Of a stretch of 64,000 bases of DNA, positions 56,628-64,000 are shown one piece after another. A program made the position numbers and the translations under genes. The DNA is taken from positions 6,901 through 70,900 of the forward strand of contig JBAYUI010000001.1 in assembly GCA_041675165.1 (NCBI GenBank), written 5' to 3'. Position 1 is the first letter of the stretch; each line of letters starts with the position of its first letter. A model generated the notes under the pieces. That model saw only the letters and a program-made list of their open reading frames with translations. It ran no database searches and had not been told where the DNA came from. The DNA is from Parcubacteria group bacterium (GTDB lineage Bacteria > Patescibacteriota > Minisyncoccia > Moranbacterales > UBA2206).

Positions 56628-59090
56628 ATGGCTATCGTCAAAAAAATAAAAAGCCGGAAGAACCAATTCATACTCTGGTTCAACGAAACAGGAATCAAGG
56701 ACATCGAACTGGTGGGCGGCAAGAATGCTTCACTTGGTGAGATGTATTCCAATTTGCGAAAAAAAGGCATTCGGGTGCCGGACGGGTTTGCCGTGACGAG
56801 CAAGGCTTATCGCTATTTCATCGCGGAAAACGGGCTGGATGCCAAGATCCAAAAAATTCTAAAAGGCTTGGATACGGGCAATATGGCCAACTTGGCCAAG
56901 CGCGGTTATCAGATCCGGGAAGCTATTCTTTTGGCTCAATTTCCCAATGATCTGCGGAATGAAATCGTGGAAAATTATGCCAAACTTTCCCGTGAATATA
57001 TCCGGCATAAAGATTTCCGGATTACTTGGGAAAAAGATGATCATACCAATCATTTCGCCGGCGGCGTGGACACGGCGGTGCGATCCAGCGCGACAGCGGA
57101 AGATTTAGTGGACGCTTCTTTTGCCGGACAGCAGGAGTCATATTTGAATGTCATTGGCGAATATCAGTTGCTCGAATCTATCAAGAAATGTTTTTCTTCA
57201 CTTTTCACTGACCGCGCGATATCATATCGTGTAGACAAGGGCTTCGACCATTTTGCCATCGCTCTTTCAGTGGGGGTGCAGAAAATGGTACGTTCAGATG
57301 AAGCGGCCAGTGGCGTGATGTTCACGATCGACACTGAATCCGGTTTTCAAGATGCCGTCGTGATCAACAGTTCTTGGGGCTTGGGGGAGAATATTGTAAA
57401 AGGCAAGGTTACGCCGGATGAATTTATCGTGCACAAACCGACCTTGAAAGCCGGTTTCGAATCGATAATAGAAAGAAAGATGGGCAGCAAGGCGAACAAG
57501 CTGATTTACAGCGTAGGCGGAAATTCTTCCACGCAGAATGTGAGCGTGCCATCGGAAGATCGCAAGAAATTCTCTCTTACCGATAGTGAAATAATCGATC
57601 TGGCCAAGTGGGGGATGCAGATCGAAGAGCATTACAAAAAACCGATGGATATCGAGTGGGCGAAAGACGGTCGTACCAAGGAGCTTTTTATCGTGCAGGC
57701 CAGACCGGAAACCGTACAATCGCAAAAAGATGTGCAAGTATTGGAAGAATATGTCCTGAAGAATAAAGGGAAAGGAAAAATATTGACTAGTGGATCAGCA
57801 GTGGGGAACAAGATCGGCAGCGGCAAGGCGAATGTCATCAAAAATGTGGCCAAGATCGCTCAGTTCAAAAAAGGTGAAGTGTTGGTGACTGAAATGACCG
57901 ATCCGGATTGGGAGCCGATTATGAAGATTGCTAGCGCGATTGTGACCAATTCCGGCGGGAGGACTTCTCATGCGGCCATAGTGAGCCGAGAACTCGGCAT
58001 TCCCTGTGTAGTGGGCGCGGGCAATGCCACGCGAGTCATTAGGGACGGCCAAGCCGTGACTGTCAGTTGCGCGGAAGGGGAAGCGGGCGTGGTCTATGAT
58101 GGCCTGTTGGATTTTGCGATCAAAACGACCAATCTCAAGGTGCTCAAAAAGACCAAAACAAAAATAATGTTGAACGTCGGCAATCCCGAACAGGCTTTCG
58201 ATTTGTCCTTCATTCCCAATGATGGCGTGGGCTTGGCGCGGGAAGAGTTCATCATTACGGAATATATCAAGATCCATCCGATGGCGCTCAAACATTACGC
58301 GAAAATAACCGACAAGGAAGTGAGGAAAAAGATTGATGATCTGACCGTGGGATATCCCGACAAAGAAGAGTTTTTCGTTTCCAAGCTGGCGGAAGGTATC
58401 GGTCGGATCGGGGCGGCCTTCTATCCGAAAGACGTAATCGTGAGGCTTTCCGATTTCAAGACGAACGAATATTCCACCTTGATCGGCGGCAAAGATTTTG
58501 AACCGAAAGAAGAGAATCCGATGATCGGCTGGCGCGGAGCTTCGCGCTATTACGATCCTGATTATATGGAAGGATTCGAGCTGGAATGCAAGGCTTTCAA
58601 AAAGGTGCGAGAAGTGATGGGGCTTAAGAACGTGAAGATTATGGTGCCATTCTGCCGTACGATCAAAGAAGGGGAGGCGGTTCTGGCTCAGATGAAACGT
58701 CATGGATTGGAGCGTGGTAAGAACGGCTTAGAAGTGTATGTGATGTGTGAGATTCCGGCCAATGTCATCTTGGCGAATGAATTTTCCGCCATCTTCGATG
58801 GATTTTCCATCGGATCGAACGACCTCACCCAGCTCACACTGGGAGTGGATCGCGATAGTGCCAAAGTGGCGCATGTCTACGACGAGAGGAATGAAGCAGT
58901 GAAAGAACTCATCCGCCAAGTGATCCACAAGGCGCACAAATGTAATCGTAAAGTTGGCATCTGCGGCCAAGCCCCTTCTGATTTTCTCGATTTTGCCACG
59001 TTTTTGGTGGAGGAGGGCATTGATTCCATCTCCCTTAACCCCGATACGGTCATTAAGACTTCCATCGCCATTGCAAAGATTGAGAAATAG
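56628..59090 (+). CDS. ppsA: Phosphoenolpyruvate synthase
   Basis: VGGKNASLGEM, AVRSSATAED..ASFAGQQE, GGRTSHAAIVSRELG and FSIGSNDLTQL motifs. Confidence 0.96.
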   Translation: MAIVKKIKSRKNQFILWFNETGIKDIELVGGKNASLGEMYSNLRKKGIRVPDGFAVTSKAYRYFIAENGLDAKIQKILKGLDTGNMANLAKRGYQIREAILLAQFPNDLRNEIVENYAKLSREYIRHKDFRITWEKDDHTNHFAGGVDTAVRSSATAEDLVDASFAGQQESYLNVIGEYQLLESIKKCFSSLFTDRAISYRVDKGFDHFAIALSVGVQKMVRSDEAASGVMFTIDTESGFQDAVVINSSWGLGENIVKGKVTPDEFIVHKPTLKAGFESIIERKMGSKANKLIYSVGGNSSTQNVSVPSEDRKKFSLTDSEIIDLAKWGMQIEEHYKKPMDIEWAKDGRTKELFIVQARPETVQSQKDVQVLEEYVLKNKGKGKILTSGSAVGNKIGSGKANVIKNVAKIAQFKKGEVLVTEMTDPDWEPIMKIASAIVTNSGGRTSHAAIVSRELGIPCVVGAGNATRVIRDGQAVTVSCAEGEAGVVYDGLLDFAIKTTNLKVLKKTKTKIMLNVGNPEQAFDLSFIPNDGVGLAREEFIITEYIKIHPMALKHYAKITDKEVRKKIDDLTVGYPDKEEFFVSKLAEGIGRIGAAFYPKDVIVRLSDFKTNEYSTLIGGKDFEPKEENPMIGWRGASRYYDPDYMEGFELECKAFKKVREVMGLKNVKIMVPFCRTIKEGEAVLAQMKRHGLERGKNGLEVYVMCEIPANVILANEFSAIFDGFSIGSNDLTQLTLGVDRDSAKVAHVYDERNEAVKELIRQVIHKAHKCNRKVGICGQAPSDFLDFATFLVEEGIDSISLNPDTVIKTSIAIAKIEK

Positions 59091-59099
59091 AAAAATACT

Positions 59100-59123
59100 G
59101 TAGAGACGCGATTTATCGCGTCT
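59100..59123. repeat. GTAG-type REP
   Basis: GTAGAGACGCGATTTATCGCGTCT palindrome. Confidence 0.7.
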
Positions 59124-59218
59124 TGAGGGGGACGCAAGCCAGAGGTTGAAATTATTTTCATTTATTGCTAGGATATAAAGCGAGGCTGAATCAGGCCTCG
59201 CTTTAAGTATAAAAATAC

Positions 59219-59304
59219 GGAGAGTTCGCATAGTTGGTCTAGTGCGCACGCTTGGAAAGCGTGTGTGTCGCAAGGCACCGAGGGTTCGAATCCCTCACTC
59301 TCCG
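59219..59304 (+). tRNA. tRNA-Ser (anticodon GGA), CCA not encoded
   Basis: GGAGAGT/ACTCTCC acceptor, CACGC-TTGGAAA-GCGTG anticodon arm, long variable arm, GGTTCGAATCC, G discriminator. Confidence 0.95.
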
Positions 59305-59572
59305 CCTTTGCTCGCCGTAGCGAGCTACGGTCGTGTGTCGCCATAGCTTTAGCGACGGCACACGGACAAAGTCCGCAAGTAGCTTGTGAAGGCGAGTTTC
59401 GTCCGCATAAAAAAGACAAGGTCCGCTGAAGTTCGCGAAGGCGAAATTCGCCTGCGGTCGCGGACTTCGATCGCATACGGCCATATTTTTGGCGACGGTG
59501 CACTAGGAAAAGCCGCTCTTATGCGGTTTGTTTTTTTATGGTATAATAATCTCATAAGAAGTAAAAAAAAAT

Positions 59573-59782
59573 ATGTCTGATATAAAAGAAGACAGCCTGA
59601 AAGTAATTGAAAAACATTTCGGTCAAAAAATTTCAGAATTGTACAAGGCTAATTTTGAGGATAAAGAGGACAAGGTAGTCTTGATAATGATGCGAGAACT
59701 CCTGTTGGATTATCTGGGGGAAGAGCAGGCCCAAAAAGAGCTATTGGAAATAAATAATTCATCCAATCAAAATGAAAAATAA
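59573..59782 (+). CDS. Small hypothetical protein (69 aa)
   Basis: ORF after a TATAAT-like box; overlaps the next gene, which suggests an operon. Confidence 0.6.
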   Translation: MSDIKEDSLKVIEKHFGQKISELYKANFEDKEDKVVLIMMRELLLDYLGEEQAQKELLEINNSSNQNEK

Positions 59783-60593
59783 TATAATCGTCAAAATGCT
59801 TCTGGCTGTAATTTTTTTTGTCATCACTATTGAGTATATCTTGGGTGATCCGATGTCTTTGCTCAGTGCGACCATTTATCTGGCGGCTCCATTGGTCTAT
59901 ATGGCAAGCAGTTTTTATGTTGCTCGGCTCTATGGGCATGGCAATAAGACCGGAGAAGCATTATTCTTCGTCTTTCTGGGTGCTTCCTTTTGGTTTTTGG
60001 GCGAGGTGATTTGGTATATATTGAAGTTTTTTATGCACGCGGAGCCATTTCCTTCCATAGCGGACGTCTTTTTCCTCTTGGCCTATCCGTTGTTCTTCGT
60101 GGCTATCTACAAGGGATTAGGACACGTGAAAGATGATTGGAAGAAGATAAAAAAATCGACCATTATCTTCAATGTCATACTGGCGATATTTTTGACAGGT
60201 GTTGTTTCGTATTGGGGGATCTATAGCGCCTATGATCCGGAACTTGGAATTTCAGAAAATATATTCGCTATGAGTTATGGAGTGGGCGATCTGTTCCTTG
60301 TTTTCGGGCTGCTGTGGGCCGTTTCTCTGGTGAGCATTTATGGGAAAGGAAAATTGGGCAGATTCTGGAATATTATGACGGGTGGCGTGCTACTATATCT
60401 GGTCGCGGACATATTGTTCGCTATGTTCCAAAGTGAATATCTGGGCGGCTTCCAATTATACGGTTATATCGACATCATCTGGATGGCCAGTTATTTCGTT
60501 CTGGCCTATGGCTTATTGGAAAACGCGCTCGTAGTCAATGCGATCCAAGAAAAGATGGAAAAAAGCCCACTAGCGGCCGAAAATTTGAAATAA
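59772..60593 (+). CDS. Polytopic membrane protein, sensor-like 7-8 TM domain
   Basis: WFLGEVIW, PFPSIADVFFLLAYP and SYGVGDL motifs, which resemble membrane input domains of signalling proteins. Confidence 0.7.
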   Translation: MKNNIIVKMLLAVIFFVITIEYILGDPMSLLSATIYLAAPLVYMASSFYVARLYGHGNKTGEALFFVFLGASFWFLGEVIWYILKFFMHAEPFPSIADVFFLLAYPLFFVAIYKGLGHVKDDWKKIKKSTIIFNVILAIFLTGVVSYWGIYSAYDPELGISENIFAMSYGVGDLFLVFGLLWAVSLVSIYGKGKLGRFWNIMTGGVLLYLVADILFAMFQSEYLGGFQLYGYIDIIWMASYFVLAYGLLENALVVNAIQEKMEKSPLAAENLK

Positions 60594-60611
60594 GCATAAA
60601 ATATTTTCAGC

Positions 60612-60845
60612 ATGGAAAAAATCGTGAAAGAAGGTGTTTCTAGAAGAGTAAAAATTTTTTTGGGTATGGAAGAGTTGAAAGTTTTTGTTTTCTTCTTGAA
60701 CATCTTGATCTTAAGCTGGCCTTTCGTGACTTATGCGGGTAATCGGACCGTGCATTTTCCTTTCGTTTATTTTTTTTCAGTGTGGTTAGCACTGATATTT
60801 TTTCTTCTTATTTCTCACTTGGGGAACGATAAGCCTAAAGATTAA
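60612..60845 (+). CDS. Small membrane protein
   Basis: Two TM helices (SWPF, YFFSVW), directly upstream of the SLC5-like gene. Confidence 0.6.
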   Translation: MEKIVKEGVSRRVKIFLGMEELKVFVFFLNILILSWPFVTYAGNRTVHFPFVYFFSVWLALIFFLLISHLGNDKPKD

Positions 60846-60850
60846 AAATT

Positions 60851-63016
60851 ATGATCAGCCCAGCAGTTGTAATCGAAGCTACGACTATATATTTAATCGT
60901 TTTGTTCCTAGTGGCTTATTTTGTCGAAATCAAATTTGGAAAGGGAAAAAACTTGGCTGATAATCCCGTCATCTACACCCTAGCTCTGGCCATCTATTGT
61001 ACGGCGTGGACATTTTATGGAAATGTGGGTTTGGCTACTACGACTGGTTATTTATTTTTGGGCGTGTATCTTGGACCATCATTGCTCTTCCTTTTTTCCT
61101 GGGCGATGATCCGCCAGATGGTCAGGATAAGAAATGAATATAATGTCACTAGCATTGCTGATTTCATCTCGACTCGTTACGGAAAATCATCTGTCGTGGC
61201 CGCTCTAGTTTCGCTGATCGCTCTGGTCGGCATCATTCCCTATCTATCGTTGCAGCTCAAGGCTATTTTCAGCTCATATTCTTTCATAACCACAGGAAGG
61301 GACGTGGTTACCGGCAATGGTTGGATCGATTTGTTCGTCCTTCTATTCATAATTATTTTCACTATCATATTCGGTCTGCGCCGATTGGATCAATCGGAGA
61401 AACATCCAGGGATGGTTATGATCATTGCTATCCAGTCGATTGTCAAAATAATTGCTTTTCTGGCTGTGGGCATATTTGTGACTTATTTTATGCATCACGG
61501 TTTTCGAGAAATTTTTTCCAAAATGGCAAGTTCTCCTGATATTTCTGCTACGCAGATAGCCGGCCAGCCATCCTTTTCTCTTTTTTTCGCTTACATAACA
61601 TTGTCTTTTTTCGCGATTTTTCTTCTGCCGCGGCAATTCCATATGACCGTGGTGGAGAATACCGATGAAAAACATATCCGCACGGCAGCATGGCTTTTGC
61701 CTTTGTATTTTATCTGTATTTCAATCTTTGTCATTCCGATCGCTATGGTGGGAATAATTGAAGGAAACGATAAGAATCTGGCTGATTTTTTCATTTTGCT
61801 TTTACCGCTCCACGCCGGAAAATTATGGCTATCCCTCCTAGTGTTTATTGGAGGATTTTCAGCGGCTATCAGTATGATTATGATTTCAGCTATGACGATA
61901 ACCACGATGACAGCCAATCATTTGGTGTTGCCTTTTTTTGAAAAAATGAAAATATCAGGATCTTTACGGAAAAATTTATTGCCATTGCGCTGGACAATTG
62001 TTACATTATTGATGATTGTGGCGTATATTTTTGAAGTTAAAATCGGATCATCATATGTCTTGGTCAAGATAGGGATGATTTCTTTCGCCGCTGTTTTGCA
62101 ATTCGCTCCCGTGTTCATTGGTGCTTTGTTTTGGAGAAAAGGCAATCGGGCGGGAGCCATAATGGGGATGATAGCCGGTTTTTTGCTTTGGATATATACT
62201 TCTCTTTTACCGGCGTTCATAAGGAGCGGCTGGATAAGCGAATCGCTATTGACACAAGGACCTTTTAATATCGGATATCTGCGCCCGGAAAACCTTTTTG
62301 GGGTAACGGGCCTTGACCCGTTGTTTCTGGTGATTCTTTTCAGTATGGTTTTCAATGTCGGGTTCTATGTCTTGGGTTCATTGATTTTCGGCCAAAATGA
62401 AGAAGAAAGCAGAGTGGCGGAAAAATTTTATGGCAATGCAGGAAGAAAGTTTTCTGTTGGCGGTGGTTTTCCATTACAAGGCGCATCCATTGAATTAGAC
62501 AAGAAAAGAAGGATCATTAGAATAATTCTGGGTAAATATTTGGATGATTCCGCGGCGGAGGCGACTTGTAAGTTGTGCATAAGAAAGGCGGATTTGGATG
62601 GCAAGGAAAAAATTACCATCAACGAATTGGTCCATCTGAACAGCATAGTCGAAAAAACCATAGCCAGTTTTATCGGGGCGTCTTCGGCCAAGGAAATCCT
62701 TGTGAATAACAGTTTGTTTACCGAAGAAGAGACGGAGAGCTTGAGTGGAGCTTATATCAAAATGGCGACCGATTTGAAGCTTACGCCCAAGGAGCTGAGT
62801 GAAAAAATAAATTATTTTGAAGAGCGAGGTAATCTCTTGGATAAGCAGAAAGAAGAGCTGGAGATGATGGTCAGGAAAAGAACGGAAGAGCTGGAGGAAA
62901 AAAATGCCGAATTGGAAAAGTTTAACGCTCTGTCCGTAGGAAGAGAATTGAAGATGGCTGAGTTGAAAGATAAGATACGCAAGTTGGAGCACGATACCGA
63001 GAAGGGCGCCGCTTAA
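60851..63016 (+). CDS. Na+/solute symporter (SLC5/PutP)-like sensor protein with a STAC-like region and coiled-coil tail, no kinase domain
   Basis: YCTAWTFYG, SIADFISTRYGKS, PYLSLQLKA and LPRQFH..VVEN (CbrA/PrlS-type); IGASSA; ends VGRELKMAELK. Confidence 0.8.
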   Translation: MISPAVVIEATTIYLIVLFLVAYFVEIKFGKGKNLADNPVIYTLALAIYCTAWTFYGNVGLATTTGYLFLGVYLGPSLLFLFSWAMIRQMVRIRNEYNVTSIADFISTRYGKSSVVAALVSLIALVGIIPYLSLQLKAIFSSYSFITTGRDVVTGNGWIDLFVLLFIIIFTIIFGLRRLDQSEKHPGMVMIIAIQSIVKIIAFLAVGIFVTYFMHHGFREIFSKMASSPDISATQIAGQPSFSLFFAYITLSFFAIFLLPRQFHMTVVENTDEKHIRTAAWLLPLYFICISIFVIPIAMVGIIEGNDKNLADFFILLLPLHAGKLWLSLLVFIGGFSAAISMIMISAMTITTMTANHLVLPFFEKMKISGSLRKNLLPLRWTIVTLLMIVAYIFEVKIGSSYVLVKIGMISFAAVLQFAPVFIGALFWRKGNRAGAIMGMIAGFLLWIYTSLLPAFIRSGWISESLLTQGPFNIGYLRPENLFGVTGLDPLFLVILFSMVFNVGFYVLGSLIFGQNEEESRVAEKFYGNAGRKFSVGGGFPLQGASIELDKKRRIIRIILGKYLDDSAAEATCKLCIRKADLDGKEKITINELVHLNSIVEKTIASFIGASSAKEILVNNSLFTEEETESLSGAYIKMATDLKLTPKELSEKINYFEERGNLLDKQKEELEMMVRKRTEELEEKNAELEKFNALSVGRELKMAELKDKIRKLEHDTEKGAA

Positions 63017-63031
63017 AAGAGTCGTTATATT

Positions 63032-64000
63032 ATGAAAATATCCGCTAAAATATTTATTGTTATCGGTTTGGGTTCAGCCCTCATTTTGGTCGTGGTCGGA
63101 TTCCAATCATACAACTACAACAGGGATGTTTTAGAAAAGAATACGATCAGTGATTATGAGCGAGATGCTGTGGGCGATATGGAAGCGCTCGACCAAGTAT
63201 TGAGCGAGCAATACCGAAATATTAAATTGACAGCGACTAGGATAAAAGTAAGGACTTTTTTGAGCGGTCAGAACAGCGAAGAAGATAGAACTGTTCTCGG
63301 AAAGGGATTGAATGACAATATGGCCATCTACTCGGGGTTAAATATCATTGATATTCTTGATACGGCCGGAAAAATAGTGGCTTCTTCTTCTGGAGAGCGG
63401 ATCGGTGGCACAGTTTCCGATAAGGGAGAAATTTTTGGTAATCTGTTCGAGAGGACTCTGAGTGGCCAAAATGGGTATTCTGACGTTGTCTTATCCCATA
63501 ATTCTTCCAACAGGATGGAGATATATTTTATGTCCCCAGTGTTTTCCCAAGACGGTCAGGAAATCATCGGCGTGGCGGCCGGAAGCGTCGATTGGGGAGC
63601 GTCTATGAAAAGCTTGGACAATATCAATGGTTCGGTCGTCCGTCTTTATAACAAGACAGGGGAGCTGATCGGTTCCAAAGATTGGCGGGATGAGATGGCT
63701 TTTTCTCTTGAAGATAGGGATAAGTCGGTCCTAGGGGAAGCCCTCAAAGACGATCCCCGATCCGGAGTGATGGCTGATATATTGAATAATTCGGAGGCGC
63801 TTACCTCCATCGCTAAAGAAAGGGGCGTGGAAGATTACGCGGGCAATGATTGGGTCTTAGTGGCGCAGATTCCGTCAACGGTCGCATTTTCCGGTGCTGT
63901 CAAAAGCGCCATCTTCCTCTTGGTTTTGCTGGTGCCTGTCATAATAATATTAGGCATAATAATAGCTGTCATTATTGATCGTTTTATCGGTATGCCGCTG
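63032..64000 (+). CDS. Partial sensor protein: TM - Cache-like extracellular domain - TM (HAMP likely follows)
   Basis: ATG 63032 MKISAKIFIVIG..., ILDTAGKIVASS, PVFSQDG.EIIGV, WVLVAQIP, second TM ending IGMPL at the window edge. Confidence 0.75.
   Translation, partial: MKISAKIFIVIGLGSALILVVVGFQSYNYNRDVLEKNTISDYERDAVGDMEALDQVLSEQYRNIKLTATRIKVRTFLSGQNSEEDRTVLGKGLNDNMAIYSGLNIIDILDTAGKIVASSSGERIGGTVSDKGEIFGNLFERTLSGQNGYSDVVLSHNSSNRMEIYFMSPVFSQDGQEIIGVAAGSVDWGASMKSLDNINGSVVRLYNKTGELIGSKDWRDEMAFSLEDRDKSVLGEALKDDPRSGVMADILNNSEALTSIAKERGVEDYAGNDWVLVAQIPSTVAFSGAVKSAIFLLVLLVPVIIILGIIIAVIIDRFIGMPL

Noticed and set aside
59168-59580. Several short ORFs around tRNA-Ser
   Set aside because: They overlap the tRNA and GC-rich palindromes, which explains the lack of stop codons.

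Overview
Bacterial chromosomal window. Gene content and style point to a Patescibacteria/CPR (Parcubacteria-like) genome; this is an inference. Recognisable core genes: ruvC, yebC, ruvB, tsaE, polA, mutM, holA, murF, ddl, rpsT, ruvA, a FemABX-family gene, murE, lemA, htpX, pyk, ppsA, tRNA-Gly(TCC) and tRNA-Ser(GGA). Other genes: a tandem double PilB/GspE ATPase, a ~2,590-aa beta-propeller/FN3 surface protein with a MacB-type ABC transporter, and an ATP-grasp/7TM cluster. The most striking unexplained structure is a recurring module of three TrmB-family regulators, each divergently transcribed from a near-consensus sigma70 promoter that drives short orphan ORFs. Two of these loci (3.9-6.3 kb and 48.6-49.5 kb) share a promoter/leader hairpin. 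In both, the ORF slots are separated by copies of a conserved ~90-135 bp double-hairpin element with compensatory base changes, a boxA-like motif and usually a strong Shine-Dalgarno (5 copies in total). This is a candidate cassette-array system with no integrase in the window. A second theme is several families of short palindromic and heptameric repeats, some inserted in frame into housekeeping genes (four in the FemABX gene, two in polA, and inserts in mutM and tsaE). All calls were made by eye from the sequence and ORF track; no searches or folding programs were run.
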